From Candidatus Levybacteria bacterium GW2011_GWA1_37_16 (GTDB lineage: Bacteria > Patescibacteriota > Microgenomatia > Levybacterales > UBA12049): a stretch of 55,413 nucleotides of DNA. A program made the translations under genes and the position numbers. The notes beneath the pieces were generated by a model that worked only from the letters and a program-made list of their open reading frames with translations, searched no databases and was not told the DNA's origin. Each line of letters begins with the position of its first letter. Position 1 is the stretch's first letter. The stretch covers positions 1 through 55,413 of the forward strand of contig CALRGR010000006.1 of NCBI GenBank assembly GCA_943357985.1, given 5' to 3'. Shown here in pieces: positions 9,910 through 19,626 of this stretch.

Positions 9910-11076
9910 TTATTCTATTTTTATTTTAACAAATCTTCTCTTTCCTACCTTAAGAATTCCTTCTTCAATTTTTTCATCAGGATTTGTTATTTTCTTATCG
10001 TTTAATATTACTCCGCCTTGTTCTATGAGCCTTTTTGCTTCTGATTTGCTTTCAGCCAGATTTCCAACGATTAAAGTTTCAGAAGCTGTGATATTACTGT
10101 TTACTGTTAGTTCGAGAATGTTTGCCGGAACTTCTTTTTGCTGGACTGTACTTTTAAAATTCTTTTCTGCTTCTTCTGCTTTTGTATCTCCATGAAGTTC
10201 TTTGACTATTTGTCTTGCCAAATCTTTTTTTGCAAGCATTGGGTTCTTGTCTTTTTTAAGTTCTTCTTCAATATTCTTGACTGCTTGTATTGGAAGATTT
10301 GTACTAAGTAAAAAATAGGATACTACTAAGTCGTCATTAATGCTCATGACCTTTGCGTACATATCATTTGGATTATCATTTAGCCAAATTGCGTTACCCC
10401 AAGTTTTACTCATTTTTCTTCCGTCTGTTCCCATAAGGAATTCTGTGGATAGCACAAAGCTTTCTTTATTTCTCCATTTCTTCTGAAGAGTTCTGCCTGC
10501 CTGCATGTTGAATGTTTGATCCGTTCCACCAATTTGTAAATCGGTGTCTAAGAAATAACTATCATAAGCTTGCATCATTGGATATTGAGTTTCAGCAATT
10601 CCTATATTCTTTTTTTCATCTAATCTTTTGCGGATTAACTCGCGGCTTATGAAATCATTTAAAGAAAATGCATGAGAAAGTTTTACTATCTCTTTGTAAG
10701 TTAATTTTCTTAACCATTCACTATTGTGTACAACTTTTACTTTTGAAAAATCTAGAATCTTTTCTGCTTGTTTTTTGTATGTTTGAAAATTTTCTTCAAT
10801 TTGTTCAGAAGTTAGTAGCGGCCTTTCAGAATCTTTATCTGAAGTGTCTCCTATTAAAGCAGTGAAATCTCCAATAAGAAAAGTTACATTGTGCTCCATC
10901 TCTGCAAATTTTTGAAGTTTTCGTAAGGCAACAGTGTGGCCTAGGTGAATTTGTGGAGCAGTTGGGTCAATTCCAAAGTAGATATTAAGTTTTCCTGATT
11001 CGAGTTTCTGCTTAAGTTCTTCCTTGTTGGGTATTATATTTACCACTCCTCTAGTAAGTAACCCTTGGTCATTCAT
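9910..11076 (-). CDS. tyrS: tyrosine--tRNA ligase
   Basis: GIDPTAPQIHLGH, GGTDQ, KMSKT, C-terminal S4 domain. Confidence 0.97.
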   Translation of the reverse strand: MNDQGLLTRGVVNIIPNKEELKQKLESGKLNIYFGIDPTAPQIHLGHTVALRKLQKFAEMEHNVTFLIGDFTALIGDTSDKDSERPLLTSEQIEENFQTYKKQAEKILDFSKVKVVHNSEWLRKLTYKEIVKLSHAFSLNDFISRELIRKRLDEKKNIGIAETQYPMMQAYDSYFLDTDLQIGGTDQTFNMQAGRTLQKKWRNKESFVLSTEFLMGTDGRKMSKTWGNAIWLNDNPNDMYAKVMSINDDLVVSYFLLSTNLPIQAVKNIEEELKKDKNPMLAKKDLARQIVKELHGDTKAEEAEKNFKSTVQQKEVPANILELTVNSNITASETLIVGNLAESKSEAKRLIEQGGVILNDKKITNPDEKIEEGILKVGKRRFVKIKIE

Positions 11077-11082
11077 AGCAAA

Positions 11083-11116
11083 AGTATAGCATGAATACTA
11101 AAATATTTGCTATACT
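11083..11116. promoter_or_regulatory. back-to-back extended -10 elements for tyrS and PBP1A
   Basis: TGcTATACT on each strand, 6 nt before the tyrS ATG and 10 nt before the PBP ATG. Confidence 0.6.
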
Positions 11117-11126
11117 TAACTATAGT

Positions 11127-13445
11127 ATGGTTGATTATAGAAGCCGTCGCAGGCGAGGACTTTTTGGAAACCGCAAGATAGACATCTTTACTCTTAGTAA
11201 GCTCGCAAAATATGCCCTTTTTGGCCTAATAGGACTGGTGCCATTAATGGTTATTCTGTTTATCTGGTATGGACGAGATTTGCCTACTCCGGGAAAACTC
11301 GTAAATTCAGGTCTTGAAGAGTCCACTAGAATCTATGATAGAACAGGAATACTTCTTTACTCTGTTTATCAAAATGAAAATAGAACTTACGTAAAACTTA
11401 CAGATATCCCCAAGCAAGTTCAACAGGCAACAATTGCCATTGAGGATAAAGATTTTTATACTAATCAGGGATTTTCCGTGACAGGTTTTGTAAGAGGACT
11501 GCTCATAGACCCAATTTTGAGAAGACGAATCACTGGAGGTTCTGGTATTACTCAACAGCTAGTTAAGAATGTTCTTCTTACCTCAGAGAGGTCGCTTCCA
11601 AGAAAAATAAAAGAGCTAATGCTTGCCATTCAGGTTGATAGAAAGTATACAAAAGACCAGATTCTGGAGATGTATCTAAATGATGTTCCTTATGGCGGAG
11701 CAAATATTGGAGTTGAAGCGGCAGCCGAGAGTTACTTTGGTAAAAAAGTAAAAGAACTAAATTTGAGCGAATCTGCATTTTTGGCAGGACTTCCCCAGTC
11801 TCCAAGTATTTATTCTCCTTTTACCGGTCAAAAATATTACATAGAAAGAACTAAGCAGGTACTTACGCAAATGGAGAACGTTGGATACATAAATCAAAAA
11901 CAAGCAGACATTGCGCTTGAGGAAATAAAAAAGAAACAGTTTTCGTCCGCAGAAGATAGGGGCATAAAAGCACCCCATTTTGTTATGTATGTAAAGCAGC
12001 TTTTGGGTGAACAGTTTGGGGAAGCAATAGTTGAAAACGGAGGACTAACTGTTACAACAACGCTTGATTACAAAATAGAAAAAGAGGCAGAGGCAATTGT
12101 AAAGTCAGAACTTGATAAATTAAAGGGGATTAATGTAGGAAATGGTGCTGCTGTAGTTATGGATCCTAAGACAGGAGAAATTCTGGTAATGGTTGGAAGT
12201 AAGGACTATTTTGATACAGAAAATGACGGCAACTTCAACGCCGCCTTAGGAAGCCGTCAGCCCGGTTCTTCACTAAAACCCATCATGTACGCAACAGCTT
12301 TTGAAAAAGGATACACACCCGCGACTATGGTGATGGATGTCAAAACAGAATTCCCTTCGGGGGATCCTAAGAATCCCATTTATGCTCCGGTAAATTATGA
12401 CGGTAAATATAATGGGCCAATGCAGCTAAGATTTGCTTTGGGAAATTCTATAAATGTGCCCGCAGTCAAAATGCTTGCAAGAGTTGGAATAAAAGATGTT
12501 ATGCAAAATGCTTACGACATGGGAATTGAGAATTGGGAACCAACTCAAAAGAATATAGAAAATGTAGGACTCTCTTTGGTTCTTGGGGGGCGTGAAGCAA
12601 CACTTCTTCAGGAAGTAACTGCTTTTTCGGTTCTGGCAAATGGAGGAGTAAAACAAGATACTATTGCAATTTTAAAGGTAGTTGATTCTAAGGGGAAGAC
12701 TATATATGAAAATAAAAAAAGAAATGGAAATAGAGTGCTTCCTGCAAATGTGGCTTATCTTGTCTCTCACATCTTGCTGGATAATGTTGCTAGAGCGCTT
12801 GTGTTTGGACCAACTTCATACCTTAATATTCCAGGCAAGACTGTTTCTGTAAAAACAGGAACAACGGATGACAAGCGGGACAACTGGACTCTTGGATACA
12901 CGCCTTCTTTTGCTGCTGGAGTTTGGGTTGGAAACAATGATAATAGCCCTATGAACTCGGCAATCGCCTCAGGAGCTACTGGAGCATCTCCAATATGGTA
13001 TAGGATTATGAACTTTATTTTAAAAGGAAAAGCAGACGAACAGCCCGTTAAGCCTACTGATATAATTGCTTTGCAAGTTGACGCTGTTGGCGGTGGCCTT
13101 CCTGTTGACGGACACGCTACGCGCTCTGAGTATTTCATAAAAGGAACAGAGCCAACTAGTACTGCTATTTATCAAAAGATTCCTGTATCAAGAAAGCAAA
13201 ATGGTAAGAAGGCAAATCAAGCCGAAATAGATCGTGGCGACTATGACAATAGGGATTTCATAATATTCCGTGAAAACGATCCTTTTTCAAATGACGGACA
13301 AAATATGTGGCAAAAAGCAATTGACGGATGGATTGAGCAATATCACAAAGACGATCAGCTTTATCATCCGCCAACAGAGACTTCGGATTTTAAGTATGAG
13401 TCTCCTACTCCATCGGCAACATCTTCGGCAACGCCTGCTCCTTAA
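11127..13445 (+). CDS. class A penicillin-binding protein (PBP1A family)
   Basis: EDKDF, GSGITQQLVKN, RKIKE (transglycosylase); SSLK, SIN, KTGT (transpeptidase); start at MVDYRSRR. Confidence 0.95.
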   Translation: MVDYRSRRRRGLFGNRKIDIFTLSKLAKYALFGLIGLVPLMVILFIWYGRDLPTPGKLVNSGLEESTRIYDRTGILLYSVYQNENRTYVKLTDIPKQVQQATIAIEDKDFYTNQGFSVTGFVRGLLIDPILRRRITGGSGITQQLVKNVLLTSERSLPRKIKELMLAIQVDRKYTKDQILEMYLNDVPYGGANIGVEAAAESYFGKKVKELNLSESAFLAGLPQSPSIYSPFTGQKYYIERTKQVLTQMENVGYINQKQADIALEEIKKKQFSSAEDRGIKAPHFVMYVKQLLGEQFGEAIVENGGLTVTTTLDYKIEKEAEAIVKSELDKLKGINVGNGAAVVMDPKTGEILVMVGSKDYFDTENDGNFNAALGSRQPGSSLKPIMYATAFEKGYTPATMVMDVKTEFPSGDPKNPIYAPVNYDGKYNGPMQLRFALGNSINVPAVKMLARVGIKDVMQNAYDMGIENWEPTQKNIENVGLSLVLGGREATLLQEVTAFSVLANGGVKQDTIAILKVVDSKGKTIYENKKRNGNRVLPANVAYLVSHILLDNVARALVFGPTSYLNIPGKTVSVKTGTTDDKRDNWTLGYTPSFAAGVWVGNNDNSPMNSAIASGATGASPIWYRIMNFILKGKADEQPVKPTDIIALQVDAVGGGLPVDGHATRSEYFIKGTEPTSTAIYQKIPVSRKQNGKKANQAEIDRGDYDNRDFIIFRENDPFSNDGQNMWQKAIDGWIEQYHKDDQLYHPPTETSDFKYESPTPSATSSATPAP

Positions 13446-15313
13446 TTCTGTGTGGCGCCAAATTTTTCCTTGAGAGATTTAACTATTTTTTCGTGTATGA
13501 CTGCGACTTCCTCTTTTGTCAGATTTTTTTCTTTGTCCTGATAGATAATATGAAATGTTTTTGAGTCTTCAAATTCATCAATTAGAGTTACGCTGTAAAT
13601 TATGGAATTTTGATTTTTTATTGTTTCAATAATATCTTCTGTTTTAACTCTTTCCGACACTTTGATTGAAAGGTCTTCAATAACCGGTGGATATTTTGGA
13701 ATTGACTTGTAAATTTTCTGCGTATTTGCTTTTTCTTCAATCTCAGAAAAGTTAATTTCAAAAAATAATCCGTTGTCTATAATTTCTATCATGGAGGAAG
13801 GATCTTTTTTAATTCCAAATTCTCTAAATAATTTTTGAAGAACTCCTTTAATTTGTGCAAAGCTTAAATTACTTGAAATACCGGACAGAAAGTATTCCTC
13901 AACTGCTTTTCTATCAATTTTTCTGTAAACTTTACCAAGTTCAAAAAGGCTTATATCATTTCTAAATTTCTTATTTTCCATAAGACCTTTTATTAAGCCA
14001 ATTTTGAGTCCCGGTCTTAAATATTCAAACTCCCGGCTCACGGGATTATCTACCCGTAACACGTTTTTTCCAACAAGTCCGAATTTATCTAAGTCAACTT
14101 CAGATACTAGACTGTAGCTCTTTATTTCTGAAAAGCCAGCCGCAATAAGAATTTCTTTTGCTTTTAACTGTAAGGAATAGTCTTTGAAATAATCAATTCT
14201 GCTTACGGGTATTTCTCCGCTGGGTAATTTTCTTTCAATTTTATTGTATCCATAAAGCCTTGCGACTTCCTCAATAATATCTTCATCAATTTTTAGGTCA
14301 TTTCTATATGTTGGAATTTTTGTCTCCAGCACTCCCCCCTTTATTACCGGTTGTAAATTAAGTCTTTGTAAAATGTCGATAACGTCTTTATCTAAAATTG
14401 TAAATCCTAAATATCTTTTTATTTTTTCTAGATTTACCTTAACGCTCCAAGGTAAAAATTCCTTTGCCTTTAAATCATATAGATCACTTGCTATTTCCCC
14501 ACCTGCTATTTCAAGTATTAAATCAACGCATCTCTTAAGTGTAAATATGGTAACTCCGGCATCAACTGCTTTCTCAAAAATAGATGACGCATCGGATCTA
14601 AGTCCTAGTTTCGTAGAGGTGCTTCTAATAAGATTTGGTAGCTCAACGGGGACTCTTATAAAAACTGTTTTGGTATCATTGTAGGTTCCTGAATTCTTAC
14701 CGCCTTTTATTCCACAAAGATCTATAATTTTTCTGCTGTCTCTTATAACAACTGCGCCTTTTGGCAAGTGGTAAGAAATGCCGTCAACGCTTTCGAAAAG
14801 TTCCCCTTCCAAGGATTGGCCAACAGTCATTTCATGTCCTTCTATTTTGTCATAGTCAAAAGCGTGTAGTGGATTTCCCAATTCATACATGACAAAATTA
14901 GTAATATCAACAATATTATTTATGGAACGCATTCCAATTTGATCAAGCCTTTTTTTGAGCCAATCCGGCGACTCCCCTACCTTTACTCCCGTTATTATTA
15001 TTCCTGTAAATCTTGGATTGATAGCATAATCAGTTTTAATTTTAAGAGGAAGAATTTTAGTAGGTTTTTTCAATTCCTTTACTTTAGGAAGTTTTAATTT
15101 TTCATTCTCAAGACTTGCAATTTCCCGGGCTACTCCAACAATAGATAGCCAGTCGGGCCTATTGGGAGTTACTTCCAAATCCAATATTGAGCCCCCTTCT
15201 TTCTTCTTAATATTTTCAACTCCAAGACCTACTTCTGTTAATCTTTCAGCAAGATTTGCCTCGGATAAGGTAATTTTTACATAGTCTTTGATAAGTGAAA
15301 GCGGTGCTAACAT
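13442..15313 (-). CDS. pheT: phenylalanine--tRNA ligase beta subunit (short form)
   Basis: VTPNRPD, INNIVDITN, DIIEEVARLYGY, C-terminal FDX-ACB. Confidence 0.95.
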   Translation of the reverse strand: MLAPLSLIKDYVKITLSEANLAERLTEVGLGVENIKKKEGGSILDLEVTPNRPDWLSIVGVAREIASLENEKLKLPKVKELKKPTKILPLKIKTDYAINPRFTGIIITGVKVGESPDWLKKRLDQIGMRSINNIVDITNFVMYELGNPLHAFDYDKIEGHEMTVGQSLEGELFESVDGISYHLPKGAVVIRDSRKIIDLCGIKGGKNSGTYNDTKTVFIRVPVELPNLIRSTSTKLGLRSDASSIFEKAVDAGVTIFTLKRCVDLILEIAGGEIASDLYDLKAKEFLPWSVKVNLEKIKRYLGFTILDKDVIDILQRLNLQPVIKGGVLETKIPTYRNDLKIDEDIIEEVARLYGYNKIERKLPSGEIPVSRIDYFKDYSLQLKAKEILIAAGFSEIKSYSLVSEVDLDKFGLVGKNVLRVDNPVSREFEYLRPGLKIGLIKGLMENKKFRNDISLFELGKVYRKIDRKAVEEYFLSGISSNLSFAQIKGVLQKLFREFGIKKDPSSMIEIIDNGLFFEINFSEIEEKANTQKIYKSIPKYPPVIEDLSIKVSERVKTEDIIETIKNQNSIIYSVTLIDEFEDSKTFHIIYQDKEKNLTKEEVAVIHEKIVKSLKEKFGATQN

Positions 15314-15315
15314 AG

Positions 15316-16374
15316 TTAAAATTGTTCTAAAATTCTTAGATCCGGATTAGTTAAAAGTCTTAAGTCGTCCATTCCAAATTTAAGCGTTGCCATTCTTGAA
15401 AGTCCTGTCCCAAAAGCAAAGCCTGACCATATATCTGGATTTATTCCAACTGCTCTTAGTACGTTTGGATGAATCATTCCCGCTCCTAAAATTTCTACCC
15501 AGCCTGTTCTTTTACAAAAACTGCATCCCTGTCCGTCTGGCAGGCGGGCTTTTCCCTTACATACAACGCAGCTTATATAAGCTTCTGCTCCGGGTTCTAC
15601 AAATGGAAAATTATGACAGACAAATTTTACTTTAGTGTCTCTGCCAAAAAATTGTTTGAAAAAATAATCAAGAGTTGCGAATAGATTAGACATTGATAAA
15701 TTTTTATCCACCATAAATCCTTCTACCTGCCAAAATTCAAATCCATGAGATGCATCAACCTCCTCATATCTAAATACTTTTCCTGGGACCAAAACTCTGA
15801 AGGGTGGTTTTGTCTTTTCCATTATCCTGCCCTGCATATTTGAAGTTTGAGTTCTAAGAAGCATTTCTCCAGGAGAATAAAGCGTGTCGGTAGTATCTAG
15901 AAATAAAGTTTGCTGTGTGTCACGGCTAGGATGATCTTTTGGGATATTTAAAACCTCAAAATTATAGTGGTCTGTTTCTATTTCTGGGCCATCTGCAACT
16001 TGAAACCCAAGTGACTTAAAAATTTCAATTGTTTCATGCAGAACCTGACTAATTGGATGCATGTGTCCAATTTTTGGTTCGATTCCCGGAGCCGTAACGT
16101 CAATGGACTGCTTTATCTTGCTTGTTTTCTCGCTGGTTAGATCTAACTGCTTTTGCTCAAGCGCATTTTCAATTGTTATTTTTATTTCGTTAGCAAGTCT
16201 GCCTACTTCTGTTCTTCTTTCAATCGGCAATTTTGGTAATTCTTTCATTGCCAGAGTTAGCTTGCCGCTTCTTCCCAAGAATTGAAGCTTTGTCTCTTCA
16301 AGAGATTTCTTGTCTTCTGCTTCCCAAATAAAGGAAAGTGCAGTAGTCTTAATATTTATAAGTTCATCTTCCAT
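15316..16374 (-). CDS. pheS: phenylalanine--tRNA ligase alpha subunit
   Basis: HPSRD, LLRTQTS, FPFVEPG, GWVEILGAGMIHP, GFAFG. Confidence 0.97.
   Translation of the reverse strand: MEDELINIKTTALSFIWEAEDKKSLEETKLQFLGRSGKLTLAMKELPKLPIERRTEVGRLANEIKITIENALEQKQLDLTSEKTSKIKQSIDVTAPGIEPKIGHMHPISQVLHETIEIFKSLGFQVADGPEIETDHYNFEVLNIPKDHPSRDTQQTLFLDTTDTLYSPGEMLLRTQTSNMQGRIMEKTKPPFRVLVPGKVFRYEEVDASHGFEFWQVEGFMVDKNLSMSNLFATLDYFFKQFFGRDTKVKFVCHNFPFVEPGAEAYISCVVCKGKARLPDGQGCSFCKRTGWVEILGAGMIHPNVLRAVGINPDIWSGFAFGTGLSRMATLKFGMDDLRLLTNPDLRILEQF
15528..15548. repeat. REP-like imperfect palindrome inside pheS
   Basis: CCTGTCCGTCTGGCAGGCGGG resembles the perfect palindrome at 21907 and encodes an extra ARLPDGQ. 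Confidence 0.7.
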
Positions 16375-16435
16375 ACGGTATTTAGCATATCACAAAGTTA
16401 GGCACAAAAAAATACATTCGATTCGCACTCAGTAC

Positions 16436-16470
16436 AAAAAAAACCCCACGTCGCTAAAGATATGCGGGGC
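16436..16470 (-). terminator. intrinsic terminator after rplT
   Basis: GCCCCGCAT...ACGTGGGGT followed by a T run on the minus strand. Confidence 0.75.
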
Positions 16471-16490
16471 TCTACGGATGTAACTAGCTA

Positions 16491-16841
16491 CTAATTATTT
16501 TTGACAGAGCTAACTATTTTTTTAAATGTTTCAATGTCATTTACAATTAGGTCGCTTAGAATTTTTCTATCAATTTCTACATTTGCTTTTTTTAGCTTAT
16601 CTATAAGTTGGCTGTATGAAACACCGATTGCTTTTGAAGCTTCGCCAATTCTTATAATCCATAAGGCTCTCATATCTCTTTTTCTGAGTTTCCTCCCGTG
16701 ATATGCGTAAGATCCAGCATGAAGCGCTGCTTCATGAGCACTTCTAATAAGTCTATTTTTGCTTCCTAGGAAGCCTTTTGTAAGACCCAATAATTTTTTA
16801 TGTTTTCTTCTTGAAACTACTCCTCTTTTAACTCTTGCCAT
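16491..16841 (-). CDS. rplT: 50S ribosomal protein L20
   Basis: MARVKRG...RKRDMRALWIIRI...IDRKILSDL. Confidence 0.97.
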   Translation of the reverse strand: MARVKRGVVSRRKHKKLLGLTKGFLGSKNRLIRSAHEAALHAGSYAYHGRKLRKRDMRALWIIRIGEASKAIGVSYSQLIDKLKKANVEIDRKILSDLIVNDIETFKKIVSSVKNN

Positions 16842-16860
16842 ATTTGTTTACTTTCTCTAA

Positions 16861-17058
16861 TTATTTTGTTCCAAGCAATCTTCTAATTTTATTCGCAAAA
16901 GCACCTTTTAAGACGCCGGGTTCATTTTGTCTTCTTATCCTACTTTTTGATTTTATAAGTTTGTGGTGGCCTGCGTATTGATGGGAAAACAAAACCTTAC
17001 CGGTTTTAGTTACCTTGAATCTGCGGCTCACTGATCTCTTGATTTTTATTTTTGGCAT
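16861..17058 (-). CDS. rpmI: 50S ribosomal protein L35
   Basis: MPKIKIKRSVSRRFKVTKTGK; lies between infC and rplT. Confidence 0.93.
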   Translation of the reverse strand: MPKIKIKRSVSRRFKVTKTGKVLFSHQYAGHHKLIKSKSRIRRQNEPGVLKGAFANKIRRLLGTK

Positions 17059-17605
17059 TTTTTCCTTTCTTGTCTGGTGAGAGAAGACATATTAACTGTT
17101 TTCCCTCAAAGTGCATATCTCTGTCTATTTTTGATACATCTTCTATTTGTACAATTGTCTTTTTTAAAGTTTCCTGTCCAAATTCCGGATGTGTAATTTG
17201 TCTTCCTCTAAATCTTACAACCAGTCTTACTTTATTTCCGTCTTCTAGAAATCTTCTTGCACGTCTTACTACAACTTCTAAATCGTGGTCGTTAATAAAA
17301 GGACCAACCCTAACTTCTTTTGTTTCTGTTGTTTTGGTCTTTTTCTTTTCCTCTTGCTTCTTTTTTTCTTGTTGATATAGGAATTTTTTAAAATCTACAA
17401 TTTTTGCAACCGGCGGAGTAGCATTTTCTGCTATTTCTACCAAATCCAATTCTTGTTCTCTTGCTAATGTTAATGCTGCGGTTTTAGTTAAAATTCCTAT
17501 CTGCTTGTTTTCGCTGTCTAAGACCCTTAAGCTTTGGGCAAATATCCTATCGTTAGTTCTGTAAAACTTCCTGTTGTCTTGTCTTCTTTTAAAATTTCTG
17601 CTCAA
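17006..17605 (-). CDS. infC: translation initiation factor IF-3
   Basis: NDRI, LDLVEI, PPVAKIVDF, KEVR, FRGRQ; non-ATG (TTG) start, exact codon uncertain. Confidence 0.93.
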   Translation of the reverse strand: MSRNFKRRQDNRKFYRTNDRIFAQSLRVLDSENKQIGILTKTAALTLAREQELDLVEIAENATPPVAKIVDFKKFLYQQEKKKQEEKKKTKTTETKEVRVGPFINDHDLEVVVRRARRFLEDGNKVRLVVRFRGRQITHPEFGQETLKKTIVQIEDVSKIDRDMHFEGKQLICLLSPDKKGKNAKNKNQEISEPQIQGN

Positions 17606-18821
17606 TTTCTTTTTTTAGGACACTTTGGAACTTAGAAAGTTCCATTGTTTTTGAGTCGCCTTTCTTGTCTCTTATAGACATTAAATTACCTCCTGCGACT
17701 TCTTTCTCCCCTATTATACCTAAATAAGGCACTTTTTGTAAAGTGGCTGTCCTAATTTTGGCTTGAAGTGTTTCTGACCTGCTATTTACCTCTACTTTAA
17801 TGCCGGCACCGGCAAGCTCAGAGGCCAGTTTTTCGGCGTGCTCCTTTTGGTTATCTGTAATCGGCAAAATTGTAACTTGAACAGGGGCAAGCCATAATGG
17901 GAAAGCTCCCTGATAATGTTCTGTCAAAATTCCAATAAATCTTTCTAAGCTTCCTGTAATTGCTCTGTGGATTATAACTGGTCTTTTCCCTTTTCCGTCT
18001 TCTGCTATGTATTTAAGACCCATCTTTTCCGGGATTTGAAAATCAAGCTGTATTGTTGCTAATTGCCAATCTCTTTTTTGCGAGTCTTTAATGTGAATGT
18101 CAATTTTAGGTCCATAAAAGGCTCCATCTTTTTCTTTTACGCCATACTCGACTTTTGAATTATTCAGAGCAGTTTTAAGTGCTTCCTCTGCCTGCCCCCA
18201 AAGCTTTTCATCCCCCATTGCTTTATCTGGCTTGGTTGATAGAAAAAATTCAGGCTTGAAATCAAATATTTTATAAAACTCAACAACCAATTTCAAAAGA
18301 TTTTGTATTTCTTCTTGAATTTGGTCTGGTCTTACGTAAATATGTGCATCGTCAATAGTAAATTGTCTTACTCTAAAAAGTCCGCCCAAAACTCCGGATA
18401 ATTCATTCCTGTGTAAAGTTCCAAAATCGCTGTATCTTATTGGTAAGTCATGATAGCTTCTTATTGTGTTTGAAAATATAAGAGCGGATTCGGGACAATT
18501 CATTGGTTTTAGAGAATAGCTTTCGCTTTCTACATCCAGGCTAAACATATTCTCTTTGTAGTGATCCCAGTGTCCTGATGTTTTAAATAGCTGACTCTTG
18601 GTCATAACAGGCGTTGAGATTTCTGTATAGCCTTCTTTGGCAAGAAGTTCTCTTATGAAATTCTGAAGTGTTAGATAAATTTTCCAGCCTTTTGGGTGCC
18701 AGAAAACTGCACCTGGGGCAACTTCATGGAAAGAAAACAAGTCTAATTCTTGGCCGATTTGGCGGTGGTCCCGCCTAGATGAGCTTTCGGCGAGGTTGGC
18801 TTTTAAATTTGAATTATCCAT
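17589..18821 (-). CDS. thrS: threonine--tRNA ligase without N-terminal editing domains
   Basis: DHRQIG, SGHW, LKPMNCP, GAFYGPKID, TIQLDF, IHRAITGSLERF. Confidence 0.96.
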   Translation of the reverse strand: MDNSNLKANLAESSSRRDHRQIGQELDLFSFHEVAPGAVFWHPKGWKIYLTLQNFIRELLAKEGYTEISTPVMTKSQLFKTSGHWDHYKENMFSLDVESESYSLKPMNCPESALIFSNTIRSYHDLPIRYSDFGTLHRNELSGVLGGLFRVRQFTIDDAHIYVRPDQIQEEIQNLLKLVVEFYKIFDFKPEFFLSTKPDKAMGDEKLWGQAEEALKTALNNSKVEYGVKEKDGAFYGPKIDIHIKDSQKRDWQLATIQLDFQIPEKMGLKYIAEDGKGKRPVIIHRAITGSLERFIGILTEHYQGAFPLWLAPVQVTILPITDNQKEHAEKLASELAGAGIKVEVNSRSETLQAKIRTATLQKVPYLGIIGEKEVAGGNLMSIRDKKGDSKTMELSKFQSVLKKEIEQKF

Positions 18822-18824
18822 GAG

Positions 18825-19043
18825 TTATTTTAACAATTGGGAGTTACTTTGTACATAGAGGGTTATTTTTGCCACGAATGTTCCTATAACCGGAATTAAG
18901 TCAACTTTACTAAAAAGCATACTAATTATAGCAACAACAATTGTACTGCCTATAAAAACCCCAAGCGCCCACATAATTCCGCCAATAAAATTATTTAGAG
19001 CCATTTGTTTTCTGTTTCTTTCTACTTTCTCGTGTGGTTGCAT
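18825..19043 (-). CDS. small membrane protein (DUF5665-like)
   Basis: NFIGGIMWALGVFIG...IPVIGTF; ATG 19043 lies 6 nt after TATACT. Confidence 0.65.
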   Translation of the reverse strand: MQPHEKVERNRKQMALNNFIGGIMWALGVFIGSTIVVAIISMLFSKVDLIPVIGTFVAKITLYVQSNSQLLK

Positions 19044-19071
19044 GAAACTAGTATAGCTTATTTTTAAACGT

Positions 19072-19170
19072 GAAAAAAGCCCTAGAGATATTGATAATGA
19101 ATGCGCGCGTGCGCGGTGATGACGCAATGTCATCTAAATCCATTATCAAGGAATCTTTCGGGCTTTTTTC
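19072..19170. ncRNA. branched stem-loop (candidate structured RNA or bidirectional terminator)
   Basis: GAAAAAAGCCC/GGGCTTTTTTC and TTGATAATG/CATTATCAA stems, with inner GCGC/GCGC and GATGAC/GTCATC hairpins. Confidence 0.5.
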
Positions 19171-19260
19171 TTGCACGAACATTTTGTTTGCGGAATCGGC
19201 AGAGGTAAACGCTCGCAGGCGTTATTCATGGAATTCTCCATGCTGCTACCACTAAGGCTA

Positions 19261-19587
19261 TCATTCGAGTCCGATCACCGGAGCTTGCCGTTGAGACCTC
19301 TTCTTTTGGTGATGGCGTCGTAGATAAGCGATAATGCCGATGATGGCTACCAATGTGGTAATGACCACATGGATTATCGCTTGCGTGATCAATAGTGGGT
19401 GCTCGATCGAGCTCCACCTGTTCATGGCAATCTTCACGACTGCGATCGTGATAAAGATCAGCAGGCATTCTGCAACGAGTGCAAACTTTTGCATTCGCCC
19501 ATTGGCGCCGTCTGATCCCACTAACTGGTACATGAACGTCGTAATGACGATCATACTAGCGGACCAATATGCCCAAAATAGTAACAC
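19261..19587 (-). CDS. hypothetical 3-TM membrane protein
   Basis: Three hydrophobic segments and a basic tail; AAAGGAG SD before the GTG; visibly GC-richer than the flanks. Confidence 0.65.
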   Translation of the reverse strand: MLLFWAYWSASMIVITTFMYQLVGSDGANGRMQKFALVAECLLIFITIAVVKIAMNRWSSIEHPLLITQAIIHVVITTLVAIIGIIAYLRRHHQKKRSQRQAPVIGLE

Positions 19588-19626
19588 GGAAGTCTCCTTT
19601 CGGGAGATTAACTTAAAATTTACTCA

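Noticed and set aside
16415-16435. Degenerate REP-like remnant (TTCGATTCGCACTCAGT) upstream of pheS; T-box also considered
   Set aside because: Single weak copy; no T-box motif, and pheS appears leaderless
19072-19170. Integron attC, SRP RNA or hammerhead ribozyme
   Set aside because: Lacks RYYYAAC/GTTRRRY ends, the SRP GGAA/AGCAG motif and the CUGANGA/GAAA core
19148-19264. Tiny minus-strand ORFs MIALVVAAWRIP and MNNACERL...KIP
   Set aside because: Too short, the second runs through the IR and hairpin, and there is no supporting evidence
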